NCBI RefSeq assembly: GCF_001677475.2
Contig: NZ_CP015229.1
Reading direction: 5' to 3' (one strand)
DNA from: Escherichia coli
GTDB lineage: Bacteria > Pseudomonadota > Gammaproteobacteria > Enterobacterales > Enterobacteriaceae
Length of the DNA: 64,000 bases
In this document: piece after piece, positions 1-12,195 of the stretch
Numbering within the stretch: the stretch's first letter is position 1
Layout: each line of letters starts with the position of its first letter
The notes under the pieces: generated by a model
The model's database searches: none
What the model saw: only the letters and a program-made list of their open reading frames with translations
Told to the model about the DNA's origin: nothing
Made by a program: the position numbers and the translations under genes

Positions 1-127
1 CCTTCAGCCGGGGTAAAAAGACATCGGCATTCAACTCCTGTTCTGAAGGGTGAGCGACCACACAGGCTACTTCACAAGTACGGCAGCCAATACAGTCAGC
101 CGGATTAACGATAACTAACGATTTCAT
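1..127 (-). CDS. ygfS: 4Fe-4S ferredoxin-type oxidoreductase subunit, N-terminal part only (gene continues past the left edge)
   Basis: Minus-strand ATG at 127-125 overlaps the ygfT stop (ATGA); translation [22 protein letters not shown] has a CxxCxxC ferredoxin motif; sits downstream of ygfT as in K-12. Confidence 0.6.
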   Translation of the reverse strand, partial: MKSLVIVNPADCIGCRTCEVACVVAHPSEQELNADVFLPRLK

Positions 128-2046
128 CACGATGCCTTCGTATCAAACAGAGTTAACATATCGCGCGCCGCCTGCCTTCCTGCGGCCATTGCAGTGACAA
201 CCAGATCCGCGCCATGAACTGCATCACCACCAGCAAAGACTTTTTTCAGATGCGTCTGGGTAGGTAAATACCCGACGTCACCGGTTTGAATCAGGCCCCA
301 TTTATCGAGTTTAATTCCGCTGCCCTGCAACCACGGCATGGCATGCGCCTGGAAACCAAAGGCCATAATGAGAACATCGGCGGGCAATTCAAACTCTGAA
401 CCCGCTACCGGACGAGGACGACGGCGACCATCCGGCCCCGGCTCACCCATGGCGGTACGAATCAGGCCCACCGCAGTTAAACGCCCATCTTCGTCACAAG
501 CGATATATTGCGGCTGAACATTGAACTGAAACTCGACACCTTCCTCGCGCGCATTGACCACCTCTTTGCGCGAGCCCGGCATACTGACTTCATCACGACG
601 ATACGCGCAGGTCACGCTGGCGGCATTGAGGCGGATGGAAGTCCGCAAACAATCCATGGTCGTATCGCCACCGCCCAATACCACGACTCGCTTACCTTCC
701 ACATCCGTCAGCGGATACTCTTCAGACTCCGGCAACCCCATGAGCTGGCGGGTATGGGCAGTCAGGAATGGTAGAGCCTGAATGACACCGGGCGCATCTT
801 CATGCGGCAGATCTGCTCGCATCATCCCGTAAGTCCCCACGCCGATGAAAACTGCATCATATTCAGAAGTTAAATCGCTAAAGGCAATATCGCGGCCAAT
901 TTCACAGTTAAGATGAAAGTCGATTCCCATTGCGGTGAATATCTCTCGCCGCTGGCTTAATACCGTTTTATCGAGTTTGAAAGGAGGTATGCCAAAAGTC
1001 AGCATACCGCCAATTTCTGGATGGCGATCAAAGACATCAACCTGAACTCCTGCGCGCGCCAAAATATCAGCACACCCTAACCCTGCAGGCCCTGCGCCAA
1101 TCACCGCCACTTTTTCGATACGGGGAACAACTTTGCTGACATCGGGACGCCAGCCCATCGCCAGCGCGGTATCGGTAATGTAGCGTTCCAGATTCCCGAT
1201 AGAGACTGCGCCAGAGTGATCTTTCAAAGTACATGCGCCTTCACAAAGACGGTCCTGTGGACATACCCTGCCGCAGATTTCTGGCAAGGAACTGGTCTGG
1301 TGGCAAAGTTCTGCCGCTTCAATAATCTTTCCTTCCTGCACCAGACGGATGTAATCCGGAATAGCGTTATGCAGCGGGCAATGCCAGTTGCAGTTAGCTT
1401 TTTCGGCGCAATAAACACAGCGGTCACTCTCATAAGTCGCTTGTTGTGGATCCAGCCCGTAATAGATTTCGCCAAAGTGGGTTTTCCGTTCACTCGCTGA
1501 AATTTTATCTGCGCCTTTACGCGAGTTAACGGGGAGCAACGCTGCACTGCGAGATGGCTGAGCGTCTGATGACGCTTTTCCTGCTGCCGTTTTGCGCTGG
1601 CGGACCACCTTTATCTGTTGCAACCCTTTATCGTCCATCAGCCGTAACGCCTGTGTTGGGCAGACTTCAATACAGGCTTGCGTGCCGGAACTACGCTGGT
1701 TACAAAGGTCGCATTTCTGCGCAATCGTATCGACCATCTCAACGACGCCAAAGGGGCAAGCGATTGCGCATCTTTTACAACCAATACATTTTTGCTCGTC
1801 CAGTTGTACGCTATCGGGCTGGAAAGTCAGAGCATTAACCGGACAAGCCGTAACGCAAGGGGCATTGTTGCAGTGATGGCAGGCCACCGGATTCGCAGCC
1901 TGGCCTTTCCCTACAACGTGGATACGCGGTCGAAAGTCACTGTGACTCAGCGGCCAGTTTTCTTGATTATGTGCCATCGCACAGGCAATTTCACAAGCAT
2001 GACAGCCTATACATTCCGCAGCTTCAGCAGCGATAAACTTATTCAT
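127..2046 (-). CDS. ygfT: fused Fe-S / FAD-NAD(P)-binding oxidoreductase (GltD-like), 639 aa
   Basis: ORF 127..2061; N-terminal Cys clusters and GxGxxG motif ([10 protein letters not shown]); start at MNKFIAAE gives the K-12 length. Confidence 0.85.
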   Translation of the reverse strand: MNKFIAAEAAECIGCHACEIACAMAHNQENWPLSHSDFRPRIHVVGKGQAANPVACHHCNNAPCVTACPVNALTFQPDSVQLDEQKCIGCKRCAIACPFGVVEMVDTIAQKCDLCNQRSSGTQACIEVCPTQALRLMDDKGLQQIKVVRQRKTAAGKASSDAQPSRSAALLPVNSRKGADKISASERKTHFGEIYYGLDPQQATYESDRCVYCAEKANCNWHCPLHNAIPDYIRLVQEGKIIEAAELCHQTSSLPEICGRVCPQDRLCEGACTLKDHSGAVSIGNLERYITDTALAMGWRPDVSKVVPRIEKVAVIGAGPAGLGCADILARAGVQVDVFDRHPEIGGMLTFGIPPFKLDKTVLSQRREIFTAMGIDFHLNCEIGRDIAFSDLTSEYDAVFIGVGTYGMMRADLPHEDAPGVIQALPFLTAHTRQLMGLPESEEYPLTDVEGKRVVVLGGGDTTMDCLRTSIRLNAASVTCAYRRDEVSMPGSRKEVVNAREEGVEFQFNVQPQYIACDEDGRLTAVGLIRTAMGEPGPDGRRRPRPVAGSEFELPADVLIMAFGFQAHAMPWLQGSGIKLDKWGLIQTGDVGYLPTQTHLKKVFAGGDAVHGADLVVTAMAAGRQAARDMLTLFDTKAS

Positions 2047-2481
2047 TTGCATCCCTTTCATTTAATGAGTTATGTCTTCTCAAATTTCGCGATGCAATAA
2101 ATGGGCATATATTAGGTAGCATGGCCGATTTAATTATAATTTTGCGACTGAGTTCAAATTATTGCCCCTCAATCTGTGCCGCTTTCATTATTTCAACATT
2201 GCCGACCAAAAGAGAGCTAACCAGATAAAAACGATTAAATACGAGAGTGCGACATGCCAGAATGATTAATGAAATATCAATATGAGAAAATTACAGATAA
2301 TTCCATTGTCAGGTTCTCTTCTCATTTTCGTGGTTTAACCACGATTATGTGATTGCCTCCGCAATTCCTGTCTCTAACTCCCCTTCCTCGCAAAAACTGG
2401 CACTCCACGAGCATGTGTTTAGACAGTTTCATTAACGTAAACGGTTGCTTTTTACTCTGGCGAGCGAAAGGAGAAACACTG

Positions 2482-3930
2482 ATGAGCGCCATAGATTCCC
2501 AACTTCCCTCATCTTCAGGGCAAGATCGCCCAACTGATGAGGTTGACCGCATATTATCACCAGGAAAGCTGATCATACTCGGTCTGCAACACGTCCTTGT
2601 CATGTACGCAGGTGCAGTCGCTGTTCCTCTTATGATTGGTGACCGACTGGGCCTCTCAAAAGAAGCTATTGCGATGCTCATTAGCTCGGATCTCTTTTGC
2701 TGCGGGATCGTCACATTATTGCAATGTATCGGTATCGGCCGCTTTATGGGGATCCGCCTGCCGGTGATTATGTCGGTGACCTTCGCCGCTGTAACACCAA
2801 TGATAGCCATTGGGATGAACCCGGATATCGGCCTGCTGGGGATATTCGGTGCCACTATCGCCGCGGGTTTTATCACCACATTATTAGCGCCACTTATCGG
2901 TCGCTTGATGCCTTTATTCCCGCCACTGGTTACCGGTGTGGTTATTACTTCTATCGGACTTAGCATCATTCAGGTGGGTATTGACTGGGCCGCAGGAGGT
3001 AAAGGGAATCCGCAATATGGTAATCCTGTTTATTTAGGTATCTCCTTTGCTGTCTTAATTTTTATCTTGCTCATTACTCGCTATGCGAAAGGATTTATGT
3101 CCAACGTCGCCGTATTACTGGGGATTGTATTTGGCTTTTTACTTTCGTGGATGATGAATGAAGTCAATTTATCCGGGCTACATGATGCTTCATGGTTTGC
3201 GATTGTCACGCCGATGTCATTTGGTATGCCGATTTTCGATCCCGTTTCCATTCTGACCATGACTGCCGTGTTAATCATCGTGTTTATCGAGTCGATGGGG
3301 ATGTTCCTGGCACTGGGTGAAATAGTCGGTCGTAAACTCTCTTCACACGATATTATTCGCGGGTTGCGTGTCGATGGCGTAGGGACAATGATAGGCGGAA
3401 CGTTTAACAGCTTCCCCCACACGTCATTTTCTCAAAACGTTGGCCTGGTTAGCGTGACGCGCGTTCATAGCCGCTGGGTGTGTATTTCTTCGGGAATTAT
3501 ATTAATCCTGTTTGGCATGGTGCCAAAAATGGCGGTGCTGGTCGCCTCCATTCCGCAATTTGTGCTGGGCGGTGCTGGGCTGGTGATGTTCGGCATGGTA
3601 CTGGCGACAGGGATTCGAATTCTGTCGCGCTGTAACTACACCACCAACCGTTACAACCTCTATATTGTGGCGATCAGTCTCGGCGTTGGCATGACTCCGA
3701 CGCTCTCTCACGATTTCTTTTCTAAGTTACCGGCCGTACTGCAACCGTTGCTGCATAGCGGCATTATGCTCGCAACCCTTAGCGCCGTTGTGCTGAACGT
3801 CTTCTTTAATGGCTATCAGCATCATGCTGATCTGGTGAAGGAATCCGTCTCTGATAAAGATTTAAAAGTCAGGACAGTACGTATGTGGCTTCTGATGCGC
3901 AAGCTGAAGAAAAATGAGCATGGAGAATAA
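2482..3930 (+). CDS. uacT: NCS2-family uric acid/xanthine permease, 482 aa
   Basis: ORF 2353..3930; start chosen at ATG 2482 with AGGAG 9 nt upstream; polytopic membrane protein; position between ygfT and idi. Confidence 0.85.
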   Translation: MSAIDSQLPSSSGQDRPTDEVDRILSPGKLIILGLQHVLVMYAGAVAVPLMIGDRLGLSKEAIAMLISSDLFCCGIVTLLQCIGIGRFMGIRLPVIMSVTFAAVTPMIAIGMNPDIGLLGIFGATIAAGFITTLLAPLIGRLMPLFPPLVTGVVITSIGLSIIQVGIDWAAGGKGNPQYGNPVYLGISFAVLIFILLITRYAKGFMSNVAVLLGIVFGFLLSWMMNEVNLSGLHDASWFAIVTPMSFGMPIFDPVSILTMTAVLIIVFIESMGMFLALGEIVGRKLSSHDIIRGLRVDGVGTMIGGTFNSFPHTSFSQNVGLVSVTRVHSRWVCISSGIILILFGMVPKMAVLVASIPQFVLGGAGLVMFGMVLATGIRILSRCNYTTNRYNLYIVAISLGVGMTPTLSHDFFSKLPAVLQPLLHSGIMLATLSAVVLNVFFNGYQHHADLVKESVSDKDLKVRTVRMWLLMRKLKKNEHGE

Positions 3931-3931
3931 T

Positions 3932-4057
3932 ATGAATCTTTTAATGCGCGCTATATTCAGTCTGTTGTTGCTTTTTACTCTCTCTATTCCTGTCATTTCT
4001 GACTGTGTTGCAATGGCCATTGAAAGTCGCTTCAAATATATGATGCTGCTTTTTTAA
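3932..4057 (+). CDS. candidate small hydrophobic protein, 41 aa (MNLLMRAIFSLLLLFTLSIPVISDCVAMAIESRFKYMMLLF)
   Basis: ATG 2 nt after the uacT stop with GGAG 6 nt upstream; single predicted TM helix; too short for the ORF track; not validated. Confidence 0.25.
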   Translation: MNLLMRAIFSLLLLFTLSIPVISDCVAMAIESRFKYMMLLF

Positions 4058-4178
4058 ATGGTTTTACCTGTCGACATCCGCTCAAAACGGGCGGTTGTCG
4101 ATAAACGCTCACTTGGTTAATCATTTCACTCTTCAATTATCTATAATGATGAGTGATCAGAATTACATGTGAGAAATT

Positions 4179-4727
4179 ATGCAAACGGAACACGTCATTT
4201 TATTGAATGCACAGGGAGTTCCCACGGGTACGCTGGAAAAGTATGCCGCACACACGGCAGACACTCTCTTACATCTCGCGTTCTCCAGTTGGCTGTTTAA
4301 TGCCAAAGGACAATTATTAGTTACCCGCCGCGCTCTGAGCAAAAAAGCATGGCCTGGCGTGTGGACTAACTCGGTTTGTGGGCACCCACAACTGGGAGAA
4401 AGCAACGAAGACGCGGTGATCCGCCGTTGCCGTTATGAGCTTGGCGTGGAAATTACGCCTCCTGAATCTATCTATCCTGACTTTCGCTATCGCGCCACCG
4501 ATCCGAATGGCATTGTGGAAAATGAAGTGTGTCCGGTATTTGCCGCACGCACGACCAGTGCATTACAGATCAACGATGATGAAGTGATGGATTATCAATG
4601 GTGTGATTTAGCAGATGTATTACACGGTATTGATGCCACACCGTGGGCGTTCAGTCCGTGGATGGTGATGCAGGCAGCCAATAGTGAAGCAAGAAAATTG
4701 TTGTCTGCTTTCGCGCAGCACAATTAA
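4179..4727 (+). CDS. idi: isopentenyl-diphosphate delta-isomerase, 182 aa
   Basis: ORF 4179..4727; Nudix-type IPP isomerase sequence; convergent with lysS. Confidence 0.9.
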   Translation: MQTEHVILLNAQGVPTGTLEKYAAHTADTLLHLAFSSWLFNAKGQLLVTRRALSKKAWPGVWTNSVCGHPQLGESNEDAVIRRCRYELGVEITPPESIYPDFRYRATDPNGIVENEVCPVFAARTTSALQINDDEVMDYQWCDLADVLHGIDATPWAFSPWMVMQAANSEARKLLSAFAQHN

Positions 4728-4752
4728 AAAACCCCGACATTTGCCGGGGTTG
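4726..4752. terminator. bidirectional intrinsic terminator between convergent idi and lysS
   Basis: Stem CCCCG/CGGGG (4732-4749) flanked by an A-run upstream, which is a T-run on the lysS strand. Confidence 0.6.
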
Positions 4753-4769
4753 TGAGCATAACGTAATGC

Positions 4770-6287
4770 TTATTTTACCGGACGCATCGCCGGGAACAGA
4801 ATAACGTCGCGGATGGTATGGCTGTTGGTGAACAGCATTACCATACGGTCGATACCAATTCCCAGACCTGCTGTCGGCGGTAAGCCGTGTTCCAGTGCGG
4901 TGACATAATCTTCGTCGTAGAACATCGCTTCGTCGTCACCTGCATCTTTCGCGGCAACCTGATCCAGGAAGCGCTGCGCCTGATCTTCCGCGTCATTCAG
5001 CTCGCTAAAGCCGTTACCGATTTCACGACCACCGATAAAGAACTCAAAGCGGTCTGTGATTTCCGGGTTAACGTCGTTACGACGCGCCAGCGGAGAAACT
5101 TCTGCCGGATATTCAGTAATGAAGGTCGGCTGGATCAGATGTGCTTCTGCCACTTCTTCGAAGATCTCGGTAACGATACGGCCCAGACCCCAGCTCTTCT
5201 CAACGTGGATGCCGATAGATTCAGCAATCGCTTTCGCAGAGTCGAAGTTGTCCAGATCTGCCATGTCGGTTTCCGGGCGATATTTCTTGATCGCTTCACG
5301 CATGGTCAGTTTTTCGAACGGTTTACCGAAGTCCAGCGTTACGTCGCCGTAGGTCACTTCCGTCTTACCGAGAATATCCTGTGCCAGAGTACGGAACAGC
5401 GATTCGGTCAGCTCGATCAGATCTTTGTAATCTGCGTAAGCCATATAGAGTTCCATCATGGTGAACTCTGGGTTATGACGTACGGAAATACCTTCGTTAC
5501 GGAAGTTACGGTTGATTTCGAATACACGCTCGAAGCCACCGACCACCAGACGCTTGAGGTACAGTTCCGGCGCGATACGCAGGTACATGTCGAGATCCAG
5601 CGCATTATGGTGGGTGATGAACGGACGCGCAGCCGCACCGCCTGGGATCACCTGCATCATCGGCGTTTCAACTTCCATAAAGCCGCGATTCACCATGAAC
5701 TGGCGAATGCCAGAGAGGATCTGCGAGCGCACTTTAAAGGTGTTGCGGGATTCATCGTTAGAGATGAGATCCAGATAACGCTGACGATAGCGCGCTTCCT
5801 GGTCCTGCAAGCCGTGGAATTTGTCCGGCAGCGGACGCAGTGCTTTGGTCAGCAGACGCAGCTCGGTGCAGTGGATAGACAGTTCGCCAGTTTTGGTTTT
5901 GAACAGTTTACCTTTCGCGCCGAGGATGTCGCCGAGGTCCCATTTTTTGAACTGCTCGTTGTAAACGCCTTCCGGCAGATCGTCACGGGCAACGTACAGC
6001 TGAATGCGGCCCCCCACGTCCTGCAGGGTAACGAAAGACGCTTTACCCATAATACGACGGGTCATCATGCGGCCGGCAACGGCGACTTCGATGTTCAGCG
6101 CTTCCAGTTCTTCGTTCTCTTTACCGTCGAATTCTGCGTGCAATTGGTCAGAGGTATGATCGCGACGGAAATCGTTCGGGAAGGCAATCCCCTGCTCGCG
6201 CAGGTTCGCCAGCTTCTCACGACGCGTTTTCAGTTCATTGTTAAGATCGACTACCGCGTCAGCGCCCTGTGCGTGTTGTTCAGACAT
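4770..6287 (-). CDS. lysS: lysyl-tRNA synthetase (constitutive), 505 aa
   Basis: ORF 4770..6287; class II aaRS; immediately downstream of prfB as in the prfB-lysS operon. Confidence 0.95.
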
Positions 6288-6296
6288 GTTGGTTCC

Positions 6297-7395
6297 TCAT
6301 AACCCTGCTTTCAAACTTGCTTCGATAAATTGATCCAGGCTGCCGTCCAGCACGGCCTGCGTGTTACGGGTTTCTACCCCGGTACGCAGATCTTTAATGC
6401 GGGAGTCATCAAGGACATAAGAACGAATCTGGCTGCCCCAGCCGATGTCGGATTTGTTATCTTCCATCGCCTGCTTCTCGGCATTTTTCTTCTGCATCTC
6501 CAGTTCATAAAGCTTCGCTTTCATCTGCTTCATGGCCTGGTCTTTGTTCTTGTGCTGGGAACGGTCGTTCTGGCACTGGGTCACGATCCCAGTTGGGATG
6601 TGAGTAATACGCACCGCAGATTCGGTACGGTTAACGTGCTGACCGCCCGCGCCGGACGCGCGATAAACGTCAATGCGCAGATCCGCCGGGTTGATTTCGA
6701 TATCAATATCATCATCAACTTCCGGGTAAACAAACGCAGAGCTGAACGACGTGTGGCGACGACCGCCGGAGTCAAACGGGCTCTTACGCACCAGGCGGTG
6801 AACGCCAGTTTCTGTACGCAGCCAGCCGTAAGCGTAATCGCCGGAGATTTTGATCGTCACGGATTTAATACCCGCCACTTCACCTTCCGACTCTTCGATG
6901 ATTTCAGTTTTGAAACCACGCGATTCTGCCCAGCGCAGATACATACGCTCAAGCATGCTCGCCCAGTCCTGTGCTTCCGTACCGCCAGACCCCGCCTGAA
7001 TATCGAGGTAGCAGTCGGCGCTGTCATATTCGCCAGAGAACATACGGCGGAACTCAAGCTGCGCCAGTTTTTCTTCCAGGGCGTCGAGTTCAGCAACGGC
7101 TTCGTTAAAGGTTTCTTCGTCGTCAGCTTCTACAGCCAGTTCCAGCAGACCAGAAACATCTTCCAGCCCCTGTTTCATTTGGTCGAGGGTGTCGACAACG
7201 GCTTCGAGGGAGGAACGCTCTTTACCCAGCGCCTGTGCGCGTTCGGGTTCGTTCCAGACATCCGGCTGTTCCAGCTCGGCGTTTACTTCTTCCAGACGCT
7301 CTTTCTTGGCGTCGTAGTCAAAGATACCCCCTAAGAACGTCGGAGCGTTCCGTGAGGTCCTGAATGCGATTATTTACCGGATTAATTTCAAACAT
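6297..7395 (-). CDS. prfB: peptide chain release factor 2, made by programmed +1 frameshift (365 aa)
   Basis: Frame 0 is ATG 7395..7393 through Leu25 (7324..7322) then in-frame TGA (7320..7318); the +1 frame continues 7319..6297 and matches ORF 6297..7178. Site reads CTT AGG GGG TAT CTT TGA C with the internal SD AGGGGG. Confidence 0.95.
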
Positions 7396-7485
7396 GGTCT
7401 GATTTCTTTTATTGAGCTAGTCAAAATGCGGTGATAAGAGCGGGATTGTACCCAATCCACGCTCTTTTTTATAGAGAAGATGACG

Positions 7486-9219
7486 CTAAATTGGCCAGAT
7501 ATTGTCGATGATAATTTGCAGGCTGCGGTTGCCGCGAAACTCGTTAATATCGAGCTTGTAAGCCAGTTGTACTTCGCGCACGCCGTTATCCGGCCAGAGG
7601 GCGGTATCGACATTAAAAGCAATACCATCCAGCAGCGGACCGCCGCCGACCGGTTCGACCATCACCTTCAAATGACGTTCGCCCACCAGCCGCTGTTGCA
7701 GCAGACGGAAATGACCGTCAAACAGCGGCTCCGGGAACATCTGCCCCCACGGGCCAGCATCGCGCAGCAGCTGAGCCACTTCCATGGTCATTTCGGCCGG
7801 GCTTAACGGACCGTCTGACACTACTTCGCCTTGCAATAGCGAAGGGTCCAGCCACTCAGAAACCAGTTCGCCAAACCGTTGTTGAAAGAGTTCGAATTTA
7901 TCCTCTTCCAGCGACAAACCCGCCGCCATCGCATGACCGCCAAACTTGAGCATCATGCCGGGGTAGAGTGTGTCTAATCGCTCCAGCGCATCACGCATAT
8001 GCAGCCCCTGAATCGAGCGACCGGAACCTTTCAGCGTACCGTCACCTGCTGGCGCAAAGGCGATAACCGGACGGTGAAAACGCTCTTTGATGCGCGAAGC
8101 CAGAATACCGACAACGCCCTGATGCCATTCGGGGTGATACATTGCCAGCCCGCCGGGTAGCGTGTCACGGCTGCGCTCCAGTTTCTCGCACAGGGTCAGG
8201 GCTTCAATCTGCATTCCTTGTTCGATCTCTTTTCGCGTCTGGTTTAGCGCATCGAGTTCATTTGCCAGCACGCGCGCTTCGCCGATGTTGTCGCAGAGCA
8301 ACAGCGCCACACCGACGGACATATCATCCAGTCGCCCGGCAGCATTGAGACGTGGCCCCAGCGCAAAACCTAAATCGCTGGCGGCGAGTTTTTGTGCATC
8401 ACGGTTTGCCACTTCAAGCAGAGCTTTAATCCCTGGACGGCACTTTCCGGCACGGATGCGACTCATCCCCTGCCAGGTCAGAATGCGATTATTAGCGTCC
8501 AGCGGCACGACGTCCGCTACTGTCCCCAGCGCGACCAGATCCAGCAGTTCTGCCAGGTTAGGAATTGCGATGCCATGCTCATCAAACCAGCCCTGATCAC
8601 GCAAAAAGGTGCGCAGCGCCAGCATCAGATAAAACGCCACACCCACGCCTGCCAGTGATTTCGACGGGAAATTACAGTCGCGCAAGTTAGGGTTAATGAT
8701 CGCTTCCGCTGCGGGTAATGTGTCGCCCGGCAAATGGTGATCGGTAACAATAACCGGAATGCCCAACGAGCGAGCGTGTTCAACCCCCGCATGGGAGGAA
8801 ATTCCGTTATCCACCGTGACAATTAACTGCGCGCCACGGGCATGGGCCTGATCGACCACTTCCGGGCTTAAGCCGTAACCGTCTTCGAAACGGTTTGGAA
8901 CCAGGTAGTCGATATTGCTGCAACCAAGCGAGCGCATCGCCAGCACGCTTAGAGCCGTACTGGTGGCACCGTCTGCGTCGAAATCACCGACCACAATAAT
9001 CCGCGTTCCTTCGCGAAAAGCGTTGTAAAGGATCTCAACGGCCTTTTCGACGCCGCTCAGTTGCTGCCAGGGCAGCATACCTTTAACACTGCGTTCCAGT
9101 TCTTGCGCACTGCGTACTCCCCGGCTGGCGTATAAACGGCGCAGCAAGGGAGGCAATTCAGCGGGCAAGTCTGCCGTTTCATCGACTTCACGGCGACGAA
9201 GTTGTATCTGTTGTTTCAC
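7486..9219 (-). CDS. recJ: single-strand-specific 5'-3' DNA exonuclease RecJ, 577 aa
   Basis: ORF 7486..9219; DHH phosphoesterase motifs (VVGDFDADG, DHH); xerD-dsbC-recJ order. Confidence 0.95.
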   Translation of the reverse strand: MKQQIQLRRREVDETADLPAELPPLLRRLYASRGVRSAQELERSVKGMLPWQQLSGVEKAVEILYNAFREGTRIIVVGDFDADGATSTALSVLAMRSLGCSNIDYLVPNRFEDGYGLSPEVVDQAHARGAQLIVTVDNGISSHAGVEHARSLGIPVIVTDHHLPGDTLPAAEAIINPNLRDCNFPSKSLAGVGVAFYLMLALRTFLRDQGWFDEHGIAIPNLAELLDLVALGTVADVVPLDANNRILTWQGMSRIRAGKCRPGIKALLEVANRDAQKLAASDLGFALGPRLNAAGRLDDMSVGVALLLCDNIGEARVLANELDALNQTRKEIEQGMQIEALTLCEKLERSRDTLPGGLAMYHPEWHQGVVGILASRIKERFHRPVIAFAPAGDGTLKGSGRSIQGLHMRDALERLDTLYPGMMLKFGGHAMAAGLSLEEDKFELFQQRFGELVSEWLDPSLLQGEVVSDGPLSPAEMTMEVAQLLRDAGPWGQMFPEPLFDGHFRLLQQRLVGERHLKVMVEPVGGGPLLDGIAFNVDTALWPDNGVREVQLAYKLDINEFRGNRSLQIIIDNIWPI

Positions 9220-9224
9220 GCGAA

Positions 9225-9935
9225 TTATTTACCGCTGGTCATTTTTTGGTGTTCGTCGAGGAATTCTTTCATGTCTTTCGGTGGCTGGTAACCCGGAACA
9301 AGTGTGCCATTGCTCAGCACAATTGCCGGTGTGCCGCTAACGCCAAGCTGGACGCCAAGTGCGTAATGATCGGCAATATCGATATCGCAACTTGCCGGAG
9401 TGGCAGCTTTACCTGCCATCACATCATCAAACGCTTTGTTTTTATCTTTCGCACACCAGATAGCTTTCATTTCTTTCTCTGCATCGCTGTCCAGCCCCTG
9501 GCGCGGGAAAGCAAGATAACGCACGGTGATCCCCAGCGCGTTGTAGTCTGCCATTTGCTCATGCAGTTTGTGGCAGTAACCACAGGTAATATCAGTAAAC
9601 ACGGTGATGACGTGTTTTTCCTGCGGCGCTTTATAAACGATCATCTCTTTTTCAAGCGCATTCAACTGCTTTAACAGCATCTTATTGGTGACATTGACCG
9701 GAGCCGTGCCACTAACGTCATACATTGGCCCCTGAATGATATGTTTACCATCATCGGTGATGTACAACACACCGCTGTTAGTCAGAACTGTCTTCATGCC
9801 AGCTACAGGCGCGGGCTGAATATCGCTGCTTTTGATGCCCATTTTGGCTAACGTTTGTTGAATTGCCGCGTCATCAGCCTGAGCAAAGCCTGAAAACGCC
9901 GCTAACAAAGTAAACAACATAAAACCTTTCTTCAT
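9225..9935 (-). CDS. dsbC: periplasmic disulfide isomerase DsbC, 236 aa
   Basis: ORF 9225..9935; signal peptide and CGYC active site. Confidence 0.95.
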   Translation of the reverse strand: MKKGFMLFTLLAAFSGFAQADDAAIQQTLAKMGIKSSDIQPAPVAGMKTVLTNSGVLYITDDGKHIIQGPMYDVSGTAPVNVTNKMLLKQLNALEKEMIVYKAPQEKHVITVFTDITCGYCHKLHEQMADYNALGITVRYLAFPRQGLDSDAEKEMKAIWCAKDKNKAFDDVMAGKAATPASCDIDIADHYALGVQLGVSGTPAIVLSNGTLVPGYQPPKDMKEFLDEHQKMTSGK

Positions 9936-9959
9936 AAATCTTCCCGTTCTTTTCAGACA

Positions 9960-10856
9960 TCACGCCCGCGGGTGATGCTGTTGATGAAGTTGCCGCAGAC
10001 GCTCGGTAGCGACATGCGTATAAATTTGCGTGGTGGAGAGATCGCTGTGGCCCAGTAGCATCTGCACCACGCGTAAATCCGCACCATGATTTAATAAATG
10101 AGTGGCAAAAGCGTGACGCAACACATGCGGTGACAGCTTTTCGCTGTCGATACCCGCCAGCACGGCATAATGTTTAATGCGGTGCCAGAAGGTTTGTCGC
10201 GTCATCTGCTGCGCACGCTGGCTGGGGAACAACACATCAATAGAGACACCGTTCAACAACCACGGTCGCCCATGCTCGAGATACGTTTCCAGCCAGTAAA
10301 CCGCCTCTTCACCTAACGGTACCAGGCGCTCTTTGTTGCCTTTACCAATGACCCGCACTACGCCCTGACGCAGGCTGATATCACTCATTGTCAGTCCGAC
10401 CAGTTCAGAGACACGCAGCCCGGTAGCATACAACACTTCAAGCATGGCTTTATCGCGTAGCTCCAGTGGCTGATCAATTAATGGTGCCTGTAATAAACGT
10501 TCAACCTGCGCTTCGCTTAAATCTTTTGGCAAACGCTGGGGCAATTTCGGTGAAGCGAGATGCGCACTGGGATCGTCTTCACGAAACTTTTCGCGATAAA
10601 GATACTGGAACAATCGGCGCACTGCACTCAGCAAACGCGCTGAGCTGGTGGCTTTATACCCGCCCTCCAGCCGTTCTGCCAGTAATGCCTGCAAATCGTC
10701 ACTTTGCGCAGTCGCCAGCGTCAACCCGCGGTGATGCAACCACTCCACCATCATTGACAGATCGCGACGGTATGCGTTCAACGTATTTTCAGCCAGATTT
10801 TTTTCCAGCCACAGAGCATCAAGAAACTGCTCGATGCGTGCCAGATCCTGTTTCAC
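9960..10856 (-). CDS. xerD: site-specific tyrosine recombinase XerD, 298 aa
   Basis: ORF 9960..10856; tyrosine recombinase C-terminal motifs (HxLRH...Y); core gene, not an integrase of a mobile element. Confidence 0.95.
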   Translation of the reverse strand: MKQDLARIEQFLDALWLEKNLAENTLNAYRRDLSMMVEWLHHRGLTLATAQSDDLQALLAERLEGGYKATSSARLLSAVRRLFQYLYREKFREDDPSAHLASPKLPQRLPKDLSEAQVERLLQAPLIDQPLELRDKAMLEVLYATGLRVSELVGLTMSDISLRQGVVRVIGKGNKERLVPLGEEAVYWLETYLEHGRPWLLNGVSIDVLFPSQRAQQMTRQTFWHRIKHYAVLAGIDSEKLSPHVLRHAFATHLLNHGADLRVVQMLLGHSDLSTTQIYTHVATERLRQLHQQHHPRA

Positions 10857-10967
10857 TTGCGCCCCTTATGGTCACTCATTTGATCCATTATGCCTTATTG
10901 TGCCGTGACTAAAGCGATTCTGATACACTAGCCGCAAAAGCCACAGCAGAATCGAGAAGCTTACGTT

Positions 10968-11489
10968 ATGAATATGGGTCTTTTTTACGGTTCCAGCACC
11001 TGTTACACCGAAATGGCGGCAGAAAAAATCCGCGATATTATCGGCCCAGAACTGGTGACCTTACATAACCTCAAGGACGACTCCCCGAAATTAATGGAGC
11101 AGTACGATGTGCTCATTCTGGGTATCCCGACCTGGGATTTTGGCGAAATCCAGGAAGACTGGGAAGCCATCTGGGATCAGCTCGACGACCTGAACCTCGA
11201 AGGTAAAATTGTTGCGCTGTATGGGCTTGGCGATCAACTGGGATACGGCGAGTGGTTCCTCGATGCGCTCGGTATGCTGCATGACAAGCTCTCGACCAAA
11301 GGCGTGAAGTTCGTCGGCTACTGGCCAACGGAAGGATATGAGTTTACCAGCCCGAAACCGGTGATTGCTGACGGGCAACTGTTCGTGGGCCTGGCGCTGG
11401 ACGAAACTAATCAGTATGACCTTAGCGACGAGCGTATTCAGAACTGGTGCGAGCAAATCCTCAACGAAATGGCAGAGCATTACGCCTGA
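10968..11489 (+). CDS. fldB: flavodoxin 2, 173 aa
   Basis: ORF 10968..11489; flavodoxin fold sequence; divergent from xerD. Confidence 0.9.
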   Translation: MNMGLFYGSSTCYTEMAAEKIRDIIGPELVTLHNLKDDSPKLMEQYDVLILGIPTWDFGEIQEDWEAIWDQLDDLNLEGKIVALYGLGDQLGYGEWFLDALGMLHDKLSTKGVKFVGYWPTEGYEFTSPKPVIADGQLFVGLALDETNQYDLSDERIQNWCEQILNEMAEHYA

Positions 11490-11528
11490 TGTCACTGACG
11501 GCTTAGCGCATATGCTTTGCCGTCATCT

Positions 11529-12195
<667 letters not shown>

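Noticed and set aside
4887-6302. 471-aa plus-strand ORF
   Set aside because: Lies entirely antisense to lysS; a class II aaRS gene is the far better explanation and the antisense frame has no RBS or recognisable domain.
7318-7320. In-frame TGA in prfB as evidence of a pseudogene
   Set aside because: It is the conserved programmed +1 frameshift site with its internal Shine-Dalgarno; the gene is intact.
6330-7334. 334-aa plus-strand ORF
   Set aside because: Antisense to prfB; artefact of long stop-free reverse frames in a highly expressed gene.
9960-10856. Tyrosine recombinase as a marker of a mobile element or integrated island
   Set aside because: This is the core chromosome-dimer resolvase XerD in its usual xerD-dsbC-recJ context; no attachment-site repeats or phage/IS genes nearby.
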